A stretch of DNA of 64,000 nt from Dimorphilus gyrociliatus (taxonomy: Eukaryota > Animalia > Annelida), in NCBI GenBank assembly GCA_904063045.1, contig CAJFCJ010000019.1, forward strand, positions 248,001 to 312,000, written 5' to 3'. The notes beneath the pieces were generated by a model that saw nothing but the letters and a program-made list of their open reading frames with translations, searched no databases and was not told the DNA's origin. The position numbers were made by a program, and so were the translations under genes. Positions 11,125 to 26,600 of this stretch are shown one piece after another. Within the stretch, counting starts at the first letter, position 1. Every line of letters starts with the position of its first letter.

Positions 11125-14100
11125 CTATGATTCTTGTGAAGTTATACGAGAAGACTTTGTCTTAATAGTCGTCGTTCCATGACCGCCCTGTTTCATTGAA
11201 TAGTATATATAGTATAAATATAAGAATTAATCATATTAATAAACTTACAGTCACTGTACGAGAAGTTGAAATTGAACTGCGATTCTTTGCTCTTAATTTA
11301 GCCAAAGTATTTTCAGCCATGTCAGCTCTCTCTTCGGCATCTTCTAATTCGTGTTGAACCTTTCTGTATTTAGCAAGATTTACGGCAGCAATCTCTTCTG
11401 CTTCATCCACTTGACGTTTATAAGTTTTGATTTTGTTCTGTAATTTATCGATAACATCTTGCATTCTTTCTTGCGCTTTACGATCTTCATCATTCTGGAA
11501 GGCAAGCTCTTTAAGGCGTTTATCTTGTTTTCTGAAATTCTTTGAAGTTTCGGCGTGGCGACGTTGCTCGCTATCCAACTCAACTTCAAGATCACGGACC
11601 CTTTGTTCCAATTTTTGGATAGTTCTCTTTCCACCTTTAAGAACATTCGCCTCAGCTTCATCTAATCTAGCTTGCAGTTCTTTAACCTGCGATTCTAGCG
11701 ATCTTCTTAGCTTTTCAATGCTGCTAGAATGATCTTGCTCCTTTCTCAAGTCTTCAGCCAACTTGGCAGCATCAGACATGGCTTTCTTGGAACGCTCTTC
11801 AGAAGTGCGAAGTTCATTCAATTGGTCATCCATATCACTCTGCATAGCTTGTATATCGTTCTCTAGCTTGCGCTTATGTGCCATAAGTGAGGAGTTAGTT
11901 GTAGTTAGTTCGGATACACGATCAACGGCCTCATGGAGGTCTCCTTCAGCAGATTTCCTGGCTCTTTCTGATGCTTCTAACTGAGTATGAAGTTCTTCGA
12001 TTTCGCCAGCCAGAACATTTGCACGTCTTTCTGATGAAGTGTATTGTTCTCGTGCTTCGTCTCTTGAGCGTTGCTCTTCTTCCAGTTGCATCTCCAACTC
12101 TCTAATATGCATTTGATATTTTTTGACATTCTTTTCAGCTTCAGCTCTACCTCTGTTGGCACCATCTAAAGCAACTTCCAACTCGTTAATGTCTTGCTCT
12201 AACTTCTTCTTTACGCGCAATGCTTCTGTTTTACCGCGGCTTTCAGCTTCAAGAGAAGCTTGCATAGAATCAAGGGCTCGTTGATGATTGCGGCGAGTGT
12301 TCTCAAATTCTTCATCCTTCTCTGCAAGGCGTCGTTCAATATCCTGTCTGACAGCAGAAATTTCGAGAGTAGCTCTCATTACTTTGGCTTCTTCTTGCTC
12401 CAAGGCAGCTTCAGCTTCTTCCAGAGCAGCTTGTAATTCTTCTTTTTCCATTTCCAAACGTCGACGAGCTTTTTCTAGGTCGTGAACAGATTTTCCGCCT
12501 TCTCCCAATTGATCCGTTAATTCTCGTATCTCTTCGTTCAAATTTTTGTTTTCTCTTCTTAGTGCCTCCATTGTATCATGGGATTCTTCGAGTTGGGTCT
12601 TGAGCTTGAACACTTCGGCAGCATTTGCTCTTGAATCGCGATTTGCTTGTTCTAATTCAGCTTGAAGATCTGATGATTTCTTCTTCCATTCGTCAATCAT
12701 CTTATCGAATTGCCGTTGTTTCTTTTCAGCCTGATTTGCCAGAGTTTGCGACCTTTCTACTTCAATGACAATATCTTCTAATTCTCCTTGTAACCTAACC
12801 TTCGTTTTCTCCAAGCTTGATACCTTAGCTTGGGCAGCCTCCAAAGCTTGCTCAGTTTCGGATAATTTAGCTCCCAACTTACGTTTTAATTCATCTAATT
12901 CCTCACTTCTTACGCTACCTTCTCCAGATTCACATCTTCTACGCCATTCGGCAGCTTCATTCTGAGCCTTGGTCAATTGCCTTTGTAAATCACTCTTTGA
13001 TTCTTGTTCTTCTTCCAATTGATCTCTTAGACTATCCACATCAGCTTGAAGGTTACGAGCTTCACCGTGTAACTTGGCCTTTGCACGAGATTCATCTTCG
13101 AGATTTACTTTCAGTTCTTCTATAGATTTTGTTAGGTTTGCCTTCGTTCTTGCCAGTTGTTTTATTTGACTTTCAGCTTCTTCTAATTGCCTTAGTAATT
13201 CGGATGATTCTGTTTGCACTCTGGATTGATGCGAGGTTAATTCGGATATCTTCCTCGTGGATTCTTCTAGCTGTGTAGAAGTTTCGGACAGTTGGCTTTC
13301 TAGCTGTTTGCTCATTTTTTCGGCCGCTGATTTGCTCTTTGAAACATGTTCCACTTGAGCATTTAAATCATCAACTTCTAATTTTAACTTATTCTTCTCC
13401 TTTTCAATACTAAAAGAAATGGTTAGTTTTACCAAACACTATAGAAATAAAACTTACTTGGCTTTGGTTTTACTTAAGTGATCTAATTGCTCCGAAAGTT
13501 CATTAACAGCATCTTGCTGTTTTTTTCTTAATGTTGCAGCTTGCTGTTCATGCTGCAATTGCTGTTCTTCTAAGTCTCTTCTTAGCTTTTGCATCTCCAT
13601 CTCTCTCTTTTTGTTCAATTCCATTTGAGCTTGGGTTGCACCACCAGCTTCATCTAGACGATCTGAAAGTTCATCTAACTCTCTATTTAATTCGGCTCTC
13701 TGTTTTTCGACCTTCATTCTAGCAGCTCTTTCGGCTTCGAGCTCTTCTTCTAGTTCCTCTATGCGAGCTTGAAGAGCTTTAATTTTCTTTTGTAATTGAG
13801 CGATTAGAGATTGTTCATCCTCTAATCTTGAATTCAAATTACTGATTTCCGAATCTTTCTTCTTAGATTGTTCTTCTAGGGATCTCTTCACTCTCTCAAG
13901 ATCGTCAACTGTTTCCTGAGTTTGTTTTAATTCACTCTCTAACTTTCTTCTCACTTTTTCAACATCGCTTCTTTGTTTCTTTTCTCTCTCCAAAGAATCT
14001 TCTAATTCGTCAATATTCTGCTCCAACTTTTGTTTCAGCTTATTCAAATGATTACATTTGTCTTCTTCTGCTGCTAAGTCATCTTGGGTCTTCTTCAGGT

Positions 14101-17100
14101 TTTCATCGAGATTTTTCTTATCTTTGTTGAGTCTCGAAATTTGATCGTCTTGTTGGGCCATTTCATCCTGAAGAGTTCGAATCTGGTTCTCTTTAGTTTG
14201 TTTATCTTGATTTGCTTTTTGGATCGTTAATTCCATATCTTCAACATCCTTTTTAAGATTTTCACATTCTTGCTCAACCTTGCGTTTGGCATCTTCAAGA
14301 GCCTCAGCACCATCTTCTTCTTCTTGAAGACGTTCTTCCAATTCTTTCATTTGACTCTCATAGTCGGCTTTTTGAGTTATCAGCTTTTGAATAGTTTCCT
14401 CACGATCAGTTAAGGTGTCTTGCTCGGCTTGTAATTGCAAGAACAGGTCGTTTTTAGCTTGAAGGAGAGTTACATTTTGCTCTTCTAGCTCCTTCTTATG
14501 TTTTTCCAACTTAGCAATATCTTCTTTAGCTTTTTCCAGCTCTTCTTCTTTCTTTTTCATTTCATCCTCTTGGCGAGCGATAGACAACAAAGGCTTAACT
14601 CTTGTGTATAATTTCCACCATTGCCAATTTCTCAAAGTCAACCATTTCCTAATATTTCTTTGGATAACGGAAAGACCCATACGTTGATCTTGCAATTTCT
14701 TGTAATTACGACGCATAAGATAACCTCTGATATGAGCTTGGAAAAGAGAAATAATTTTAGATAATTTCTCATCGCGCATATCTTCGAGTTGACCGAGGAC
14801 ACCAGCTCTAAAGAAAACTTTTGTGTGACCTAATCTATAATCATTGTCCGCCAATTGGATAGCCACGAGAACCTTCTCGGTAACGACCTTTCCATCAACA
14901 AAACCTTGAGGAATAGCATTGGGAGCAAGGATCGAATAACGTTGCTTAAATTCCGAATAAATGATTCTATTTGGAAATCCCTTCCTACAAATTCTTATTC
15001 CTTCCAATACACCGTTACATTGCAGTTGGTGCAATACAAGGTGAGCATCAATTTCTCCTGTAATTCATTAAGAAGAAAGAGGAGTTTATAAAGGAAGAAA
15101 ACAATTATTAAGATCTAGGAAAGGATTCGACATATATAGAGGAAAAGGACACAAACCGGGAGCCTTATTTTCGTTCGGGATAATACATCGGACAAAGTGA
15201 GGCTGAGTAGTCTTCAGGTTCGTCATAAGTTTGTTTAGAGATTCCTGACATTGGTAGGTTAAATAAAAGATAGGTAAATATCTATAGGTTCCAAACTTAA
15301 GAACAATCATGGAGAGACAGTAAAAGGATAATTAGGGGAAGAGAATTCAATTTCATTCGTTTCATAATTTGTTTACTGCAGTATTTTAATATATATATTT
15401 ATTTACAGATTTATGAAATGAGTTCTCTCTTATCGCTAGGCGCTATTCGCTAAAGATATCGGAAATTGGAGGATAAAGATAGGCGTGAAGGAATATTGGC
15501 GTGTGGGTCTACCTGAAAGCTAAACATAGCTTATTTAGCTTAAATACTTCTTCCATCCCTGAGATCCTGTATGCAAATAACGATTATAGATGATTTACTA
15601 TTGAAAGCTTTAAAGGAATAGACTGTTTTATCAGGCGCATTGCGCTATGCATAGTTGATAAAAAAAAAGCAGCTCAAAAAAATTCTCTCGAAAACTAACC
15701 CGATGAGTCGCTGAAATGGTTTGATAGGCTCCTCCCTTCTTCTTCTTCTTACCAGCAGCAGGTTTATCTATAAAATATAAAAATAAATAATAAATACCTA
15801 ATTGACGTTGTTTTGATTATTTTATACTATTAACCATCTTTAGGTTCCGCAAAGAACATAGCAACTAGAGGTTCTTTAGAAGCTTGGAGTAGTTGAACAA
15901 CGGTATCGTTGATGGGATCTTTGTTCTTATCCAACCATCCATTGATGTTATATTGAACAGTACCGGCATAATGATAAATTTCGAAATGAGGCTCATATTT
16001 AGCTTTCTTGTCCGGCTTGGGTTTTCCGAAATTGGGCGATTTACCCAAATGATTTTCGTATAATTTTGTCATAAAGGTTTTATCAGTAGCTTTAGGGAAC
16101 ATGCATTCCTCTTCAAGGATGGACAGAATACCCATCGGCTTTTCAATCAAATCAATACATTGTTGTAAATCCATACCAAAATCAATAAATTCCCAGTTTA
16201 TACCTTCTTTCTTGTATTCTTCTTGTTCCAAGACGAACATATGATGATTGAAGAATTGTTGCAATCTTTCATTGGTATAGTTGATACAAAGTTGTTCAAA
16301 GGTATTGTACTCAAAAATTTCGAAACCAGCAATATCCAGAACGCCTATGAAATATTGCCTCTTGTTCTTTGTGTCTAAAGTTTTGTTTACTCTTGCGACA
16401 AGCCACTTAAACATTCTATCATATAAGCATTTAGCTAAGGCGCCAACAGCAAAATTAACTTGATCCAGATTTTGTCCTTTGGTAACCATTTCATTACCAA
16501 CTTTGACTTTCGGTTTTAGCAAGCTCTTTAGGAGATCGCCAGCATTAACCCCCAAGAGATAGGCAACTTTTTCAGCCTCTGATGTTCCATCGGCTTCAGC
16601 TTGTTCTTCTCTTGGTCTTTGTTTAAATTTCATCTCGCCAAACCAGATAATGGCTGCAGTACACTTATACAAGCCCATCTTTTCTTCTTCAGTAAAGCCG
16701 AGGACGCCAAAAGCATCATCGGTGAATTTCATTTCTTCAGCATCGTCTAAATTTTCAACTTGAAGACAGCCTTGATTGATAAAATGATATAGGCCAGGAT
16801 CTTGGGCGATAAGGAGTTTATCTGTGATTTTTCAAGTAACGAATGATTACTTTCTATTTAAATTTGAGCGCTGGGGTTTTGCGCAAACGCAGGCGTTCAA
16901 GCCCCATAACGTGTGTTGTAGAATGGAATTGATCTTACCAGTGAACTCCTTACTATAATTAGATGTAATTTGATAATAAATATGATAATTGCGCTCGCGC
17001 CCAGGTTGTTGGTACGTAATGCGCGATTTTTCCAGAAGATCTGTAATTTAAAGATTAAGTACTACATTTAATCATTGTGTTCTCTTGTTGCATTCATTCT

Positions 17101-18252
17101 GATTTATTAGGTAACACGAATAGGATCAATCCAAAAACAACGGGGCAATTGGGCTAATACTTTCGCAGCAGCCAACAGCGCCACATACCCTTCGTTTCGT
17201 GGAAACTTCCGGAAAGTAATTGATAAAATATGTGGTAGTTCCTCTCGTTCGGTTGTTGGAAAGTGACACGAGACTTCTCTAAAAGGTCTATTGAGTAATA
17301 AGGGTCAAAGGTTTTACAGGGAAAAGTAGTTAATCAAAAAATTAATATCAAATAATAAGTTAAGTTTAGTTTTACGTGGAATGTTGATCTATTTATAAAT
17401 GTTCTATATATAGATCTAGTTAGCTTAAGGCACACTTGCAACGGAGATAATTTTGTACTTACAAGTCTCAATATCAGCTCCAGCAATTTTTCCCGTAGTA
17501 CCGAAATGAATTCTTATGAATTTACCGAAACGGGAAGAGTTATTATTACGGATTGTTTTAGCGTTTCCGTATGCCTCAAGAACCGGGTTAGCTTGGACTA
17601 TTTGATCTTCCAAAGTTACCGCTTTCTTCGAACTTCCTTCCGCTGGTTGTTCTTTAGACGATTGAGTTGCGGCGACAGAAGCAAAATAAGAAATTACTTT
17701 CTTCGTATTTTCCGTTTTACCGGCGCCAGATTCACCGGTGATAAGCATAGATTGATTCTCGCGATCCTGCAGCATATTATGATAAGCATTGTCGGCTATG
17801 GAGAACAAATGCGGTGGCATTTCATTCCTTCTCTTTCCCTTGAACTTATTAACCACTTGTATGGTATAGATGGGAAGTCTTCTATAAGGATTTATAGCAA
17901 CGCAGAAAAGCCCCGAATAAGTATAAATCAGGCCACTGCAGTAGCGAGACTTGAGATTATACAAAACCGAAGCTTCGTTTAAGTAGGTCAAATTCGCCAT
18001 ATCTTCCATTTTTTCGAACTTAGGTGGGTTCATTTGCTGACATTTCTCCTTTTTAACGGTTTTCGACTCCATCTTTTCTGTTAAAACCGTAACTTCATCT
18101 CCTTTCGTCGACTCGATATCGGCCCTAAGATAGCCCTCTTTTGGATCGGGAATCCAAACGTTCTTCTTACCATCGTAAGGTTTCGCCTCTTCCAACAACT
18201 TCTTTCTATCTATGAAAAGATAGGGATAATCCGGATCGTCGGGGTTAGCCAT
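11125..18252 (-). CDS. Mhc: Muscle (striated-type) myosin II heavy chain, ~1950 aa
   Basis: P-loop [24 protein letters not shown] region and coiled-coil rod. Exons 18252-17463, [17287-17189 or 17040-16939], 16821-15835, 15767-15700, 15244-15157, 15057-13458, 13409-11249, 11187-11125 sum to an intact frame. Confidence 0.98.
16939..17040 (-). other. Mhc alternative motor-domain exon B (102 nt): [34 protein letters not shown]
   Basis: AG/GT flanked, phase 1-1, homologous to exon A. Confidence 0.9.
17189..17287 (-). other. Mhc alternative motor-domain exon A (99 nt): [33 protein letters not shown]
   Basis: AG/GT flanked, phase 1-1, homologous to exon B. Confidence 0.9.
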
Positions 18253-19526
18253 AGTTCTCAAACTGAAAAATAAAATACTATGTAAAATAGATTGAGTCAA
18301 TTAAATAGTATCTATCTACAAAATAATATAGTTAATATTTATCCACCTGCCAAGAAGCAAGGCGTTCTGCGACTACTGCAAAGTTGCCTTCTCGTTATAT
18401 ACGTAAACTGTAAAGCAGGCGCAGATTGGCTACAGCAACTAAAGGCTGAACGCATATAAGGTAGAATGGGGCGTGCTGTAAAAAATATCCAGTACTGTAA
18501 GCCGAGGTATTTTTGGAAACGTGAAGTCTTTCTACTGCATACTTGAGCATCCGTTGTAAAAATATCTTTATCCTTCAGTCTCTAAGCCTCTTCAAGTTAC
18601 CTAAGGAATTATTTTGTACAGCTTTACTGTTTAACAATATTTAACCCTTATAATAGTGTTATATCCTTAATTATTTAACATTTACTATAAATTCACTATC
18701 CATTTACATTTCAAACATTTTTCTAAATACTAGAAATAACAAACCCCCCTCCCTCTCCTTCATAAGATATCTTAGACTTAGAATCAGAAGAATGTATACA
18801 TAGAAGATATAGATCAATAGGAAAACAAAAATACCAAAAATTCTTGCCTATCTTATTTATAAACAATTGAAAAGTGCTAATTAGTCAAAGTTGTCCAATA
18901 AATCAATCGGATAAAATAACAATGAATATAAATTACTAGAATCAAAAATTGATGATAACACAATTCTTTTTTTATAGATAATATCTTCGGAGAATATCTC
19001 TTCCGATAGATTATCGGAAACATTAGGGCATAATTCTAAATAGACGATTGCGTTGAAAGAAGATGGTGAATTAATTGATTTTATAAACAAGTTTCAGAAT
19101 TTCTCTTTTCGTTAACCTATAATACTTTTTCTATGGGTTGGCTAAGCTACAAGTTACTAAACCAAATATATCGACTAAGGCCCTCTATAAGAAAAAAAAT
19201 GCTGATACCAAGCTAAATGCTTCTTCTTCTAGTATGTGTACGAAAATCCATAGTAGAAATTTTATTTAACGAAATGAAACAACCTTTAATGCTGATTGAA
19301 ATTCATTACATGAATTAAGATTATAAAGCAAATAATTGAGTGGAAATGGTTATGTTAGGTTTGCCCTAACCCTAACTAACCAAAAACAAAACCCCACTGC
19401 AAATAAAACTGATGTGCACTATTACTTTCCTTATGAGTACTTTTCAAATTGTCTGCTTTTCAATAACCTAGTACATATTATATTTAGACAACGTCATAAA
19501 TATATTTAACTATATGAAAGATATTA

Positions 19527-20882
19527 TTAAGCATAACCGATTTGTTTCTTACCAGAATGCAGTAATTTTGCTTTTACAATAGTTAGTCGTTCAGTTATAT
19601 TTGGAGAAAACCTATTCAAACTCCTATCTTCAACAAAATGACGACGACTTTGTACACATCTTCCTCTTTTTCGGTAGTGTCTGAGTACCACTTCATCAGA
19701 GCTGATCATTTGCTTTTTATACGGTTTGCTGGGTCGAACACAATTGTGTTGGAGAAACATAAGACATTTCAGGGCCTTATGTATAGACTTTGCCGGAAGA
19801 AGTGACTCTTTACCAGCGGCTATTATTTCCTTATATGGCCTTTTAAAGAAATAATGTGTTTCATCTGGTATCATAAAATTACACGTTATATCAAAATTCT
19901 TCATTTGAAAGTTAATGGTATCATATTCTTTAAACTTATTCAAAAGTTCATGATAATTATTTACTTTTTTCGGTACAAGAACTTCATCAAGATCCATAAC
20001 CATAATATATGTACTTCTCAGATAATTTCTCAACATACATTCCGTAAGATCAGTAGAGTACAGAACTTCTAAGAAGTAAGGTTTTGCTGGAGCTCGAGAT
20101 TTATTCTTTTCAAATGTATACGTAATATTGTATGGTGTATCTAAATTATAGAAATCCAAGAGACCTTGAGCTTTATAATAGCTGAATATCTCCCAATTTT
20201 CTTTTGAAACCTTCCATACATGCATTGAAATTTTTTGTACACCAAAAAATCTTTGTAATTCAAACCATTCTATTAAGGCCTCTGAATTAAAGTTTCCATA
20301 AACTATTGGAACACAGGCTATAAGATTATAACTTCCCGACTCAGCGATTTCAACTGGTAAGAAGACTCTTTCTAATGTCTTTGTATCTTCCAATATTAAC
20401 TGACTAGGATAAGGTCCTACTTTTGATATAGGACATAAAATATGTACACTCTGCCACCCTGTGAATTCTAGTCTCCAACTTCTCGGTACTTGACCTAATG
20501 CAGCTCTTTTTGTTATCCACTCTCCTTCATAATACAATTTACAATTAACATTAAATTCGTAAAAAGCCCTTCCTCGTAAGATTCCTGTAGTAATTACAAC
20601 GGCTGTTTCACCAAATACACCCTGCCGCAGGTCAATAAATGATTTATGAACGAATAAATGATAATCTTTTTTCATAAATTCCTGCCAACCACCTTTTAGT
20701 ACATTTACAGTGTTCACCTCTCCTGAGTACAATAAACTTTCAGCTGGCCGAACTTGAACAGTCGATTGATTTATCTCAAAATAACTTTGACAAAGGACCA
20801 AAATTATAACTGTAATAATTAATAATGAAACAAAATATTTTAAATCAGGCGCACGAAATTTGTAAAGCGAGAGAGATTTCAT
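19527..20882 (-). CDS. Glycosyltransferase family 92 protein (type II membrane), single coding exon
   Basis: 451-aa ORF with N-terminal TM anchor, LIACVPIVYG, IEWFELQRFFGVQKI, LTECMLRN and the DxD motif MDLDEVLVP. Confidence 0.85.
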   Translation of the reverse strand: MKSLSLYKFRAPDLKYFVSLLIITVIILVLCQSYFEINQSTVQVRPAESLLYSGEVNTVNVLKGGWQEFMKKDYHLFVHKSFIDLRQGVFGETAVVITTGILRGRAFYEFNVNCKLYYEGEWITKRAALGQVPRSWRLEFTGWQSVHILCPISKVGPYPSQLILEDTKTLERVFLPVEIAESGSYNLIACVPIVYGNFNSEALIEWFELQRFFGVQKISMHVWKVSKENWEIFSYYKAQGLLDFYNLDTPYNITYTFEKNKSRAPAKPYFLEVLYSTDLTECMLRNYLRSTYIMVMDLDEVLVPKKVNNYHELLNKFKEYDTINFQMKNFDITCNFMIPDETHYFFKRPYKEIIAAGKESLLPAKSIHKALKCLMFLQHNCVRPSKPYKKQMISSDEVVLRHYRKRGRCVQSRRHFVEDRSLNRFSPNITERLTIVKAKLLHSGKKQIGYA

Positions 20883-21718
20883 TTTACAAAAAATTTGTGC
20901 CAGCAGCAGCAGTCAATTTAATATTTGATACTCATCTTAAGTATTGTACTCAAACTACTCAAATGTACAGCAAAGACAGCCTACCTATTAATATCATCCA
21001 ATGGAGGAAAGGGTTGATTTGAAGATCATAGATTTTGAAAAGAGATTGAATCTTGAATTCTGTAGTCTAAAATCTTTTGCCTGACCGCACTTGGACTTTT
21101 TCTTAATACACATAAAAGTAAAAGAACAATTCCACACAATAAAAAATTAGGCATATTTTTTGGGTAATGATACTGAGAGGAACTAATATAAATTTTCAAT
21201 TTGTATCTATACTTAAAGTGAAATTAATTGTACTTATAACCAAAAATAAGACACACAAAATCTAATACTTAGTATTATCCAATATCGTGTTTCCTGAATA
21301 GGGTATTACTTCTGCTTATAGGAATTTGATAACTTTAATTAATTTACTTTTAGTTAAGTAGTAATTTTTAATTCTCTTTTTAACTTAAAAATGTAACTAT
21401 ACAAGAACACTATGAGAAAATTCGTTCGAAAAATATTCAAAAGTTCAATGATCTCAAGCGGAATAGCTGAAAATATTCTGGCGTACAGCTAAACAATAAT
21501 GGACAATTTTCTTAAATACGATAGATGGCGCCTCCAATCTATTATTTTACATTTTTAAATTTTCTATATAAATTCTACAAATATTATATTTATTAATAAT
21601 ATTATAAATATATATGGACATATATATTGGTCTTTCGAAAACTTCGAATATTCGACAACAGTTCAAATCAATTCTGATCAATTTCCGGTGACTAGACAGA
21701 AGTTCAGCGCTGACAAAT

Positions 21719-23416
<1,698 letters not shown>

Positions 23417-23648
23417 TTAACTGTTGGGATACTTTGTAAACGTTAGTATTGACCATAAACAACAAAAAATAAAACTTTCACTGCTTAGAAATTTTCAAAT
23501 GAAAGTCTATTTTGTTATATAAAAATTTTAGAAGCACTCAAGAAAACAAAACGCTTCTTTTATAAATTTAATAATATACGATTTTTATTCATTACTATTA
23601 AATTTTTAAATATCATCAAAAATGACTTTTACAAAAATATTATAAAGT

Positions 23649-26600
23649 TTAAAATTCTGGATTTCCAAAGCCAAGCTCATTTTGCGTACGGTGAATTTCT
23701 TCAATTAAATCTTCATCAGCCGCCGAAAGATTCAACTGAAAGCCGAATACGGTCAATTAATATATTTTAAGCTCTTCATTAGTGAGAGTTTAAGAATTAC
23801 TGGCTATAACTAAAGTAGGAAGTGCTTCGTAGATACTAAACGAACCTAAAAGTCTTAAGCAAGCGTGCTTGACGCGAACACAAGAAAAAATAGGCAAAGG
23901 TATATAAATGCGACAGGAGGATTGCTAAACTTCTTCTATGTTTTACCTTTTCAAAAATGCTATAATCAATCGATTTCCACAGCTGTAGATGTTTTGTGCA
24001 CGGACTAATGGTGTTATGAATATTATAAAAGATGTTACGACCTACCTTAACGGCATATTTGTAAGCCTGTTCTGCTTCAACAGGCCTGTTTGTCTTTAAA
24101 CAAACAAGAGATAAATAAGCCCATACTTCTGGATCGATGTTATGCAAAATATTGGCTTCCGTTAGGGCATCCTCCGCTTCATCAAGTTCACCCAATCTGT
24201 AAACAATATGATAAAGGTAATATTATCCGATTAAAAAATATTGCTGTTTGTGGGGGTGTAACTAATCTAACCTATAGCAAGCTATTCCGACACCGAGCCA
24301 GGTCACACAAGTTGGAGATCTTCGGCACGCTTGCAAAAAGATATTTTTTGCTGCTTCATGATTATTTTCAGACATATAAATGGATGCTAATCTTAAATAA
24401 ATAGGGTGTAAATCAGTTGGCGGATTAACGAAAGCTAATGTTCTTTCGTAGCAATCTTTAGCATCTACAGTTCTTCCACTGAGATACATTACATGACCTT
24501 TCATGGCCCATCCATCGGAATTTTCATATTCAAACTGCATAGCTTCTTTCAAACTTTCTCCAGCCTCTTCTAATTCTCTCTTCTCGAGCTGAACTTGAGC
24601 AAGAGAGAGATAATAATAAGCACTAGGTCCGCCTAATGGATCTAACAAGTGTTGCGCCATGGCCTTATTACAGAAAGAATACGCTTTGTACTTGAGAAGG
24701 AAATTTATGGCTGGAACATAGATTGATTGAGACGGTTGAGGTGTTTTCTCTCTTGGAGCAGATACAGATGCAGATTCCTCATCTTCATTAGCAGCATTTT
24801 TTAGCTTACTTGCTGGTCTTGAATCGCTTTTAACTTTTGAAGCCGCACTAGCTGTTTAATAAAATCGAAATTAAAACTCCACAACAACATTACAGAAGAT
24901 TTTAAAGTTAATTAATAATCAATAACTGAATCTATTTCATCCATTAATAACAACTAAAGTCACTAGATGTCACTATTATTGGAAATTTTCCGAAAATAAT
25001 TGTTTCTTACCCGAAAACCATGCATTATGTAAGTGTTAATTAGTAGTAGAGGGCACTATCTTTGCATAAAGTGCTTTAATGGAAAAATTGCTGTTTGAGC
25101 TAATATAAAAATTGGATGAAGATAATAGAAGGTAACGCCGTTTCGCTCAAAGAACGAAATATGGGAACAAAGTTTATTTTTTGTTATGGCTATGCCATTA
25201 GACGGCGTTATTCAATAATGTACTATTGACGAAGCGTCTTTTTTTTCGTGTTTTTTTTTTTTACGTTCACCTAATAAAAAAAAAACTTGACTAGAAATCA
25301 GGACGAAAAAAAAGCAAGCATATTCTAAAAGCAAAAATGACTAAGGTAAGTAAATTAATAAGGGAAATTATAGATTATAAATCTTAAAAAAACATAATGA
25401 TAATAATAAAAAAAATGGAGTGTCTTTACCAAATGCGCCTTCTTTAAAAAGTTCTGGAGAATAATCATAGATGAAGAATAAGAGAATATTTGTTTTTCTT
25501 TTTTTTATCTTATTTTACAAGATGATCTAGAATACCTTAAAATACAGATAAAAATATTTTTCTTACCACTTTTTCTGGCAGATCCTTTTACTTTACTACC
25601 AGGTTTTACCCCTTTTACATCTGCATTTAGTGATAAAGGTGATATTGGGGGCTGTTGTATGGATTGTTCATCAGGTATATCAGCGCTTTGAATTGGTGGT
25701 ATATTTTCTTGTAATTTTCTGGTTTCGGCAATAGCTTTTATCTGATTTAATCTGTGCGCTTCGGCCAAAGCCATCTCTTCTCTAATTTCATCAGAAATTG
25801 TCTTATAAAAGAGACTTAGCAATGTCCAGCATAAAATGGAATCTGGTTTAAGTCGAGAAGCCATAGTAAAGAATAAATCCGCTCTGTCGTATTTCTGTTG
25901 CATTGAAACCGTAATAGCGTAAAGAAGTAAACCTTCAAGGTGCCTTTGATCTATAGAGATACATTCTCTAAAACACTCCTCAGCCCTAGATATGTCTTCT
26001 ATACTAAGGCAAAATACTCCAAAATCCAACCAGTGATCCGGATCATTCCTATCTCTTGCTATTCTCTCTTGATAATATTTATCCGCCAGTTCAGGTAGTT
26101 GGTTTGTCTCTGCTTCTTGAGCGAATATTTTTAATTGAACTGTTGTAGTTAAAGGCTCTGGTATTGGAACTTGATCTTCCACAGTTAGAGATTTATTAAG
26201 GCAAACGTGCATCTGATCAACCAAATAAACATATAATTCAGAGATAAACTTTTCCATTTCGTCTTGATCCGTTAAAGTGCTTGTTCTAAGAAATTTCTCT
26301 CTTACAATTTTTATGACAGAATATTTTAGTTGCTCTTTGAAAGCAAAGTATTTTCCAGAAGAGTTTAACTGATAGATTAAACGTTGATATCTAGATTCGG
26401 AATTTTCAGGCATTTCTCCTGTTTCGGTATCTTCTTCCTCCCCAACTCCCTCCAACAAATGCCTGTATTCGTCTATTATGAGGGAAGCAACAGAGGCTAT
26501 TTGATTGTGGTAATCTTCTACAGATTTTTGAGCATTATCGCTTCTCTTTGGAAACTTTGGTCTCGGTGGAATGTACTCAGCAACGCTATATGGAATATAA

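Noticed and set aside
13410-13457. Catchin/myosin-rod-protein-type internal first exon
   Set aside because: The only intron within the rod is 48 nt, too small for an alternative promoter and exon.
15245-15699. Possible alternative Mhc exon (an LNKL frame) in the 455-nt intron
   Set aside because: Frame hits a stop within a few codons and has no suitable acceptor or further similarity.
19362-19382. Telomere-like CCCTAA/CTAAC repeats (also 53890-53910)
   Set aside because: Only 2-3 degenerate units; not an interstitial telomere array.
21633-21656. Heat-shock element in the PSMC2 promoter (TTCGAAAACTTCGAATATTCGA)
   Set aside because: GAA/TTC units lack three consecutive correctly spaced pentamers.
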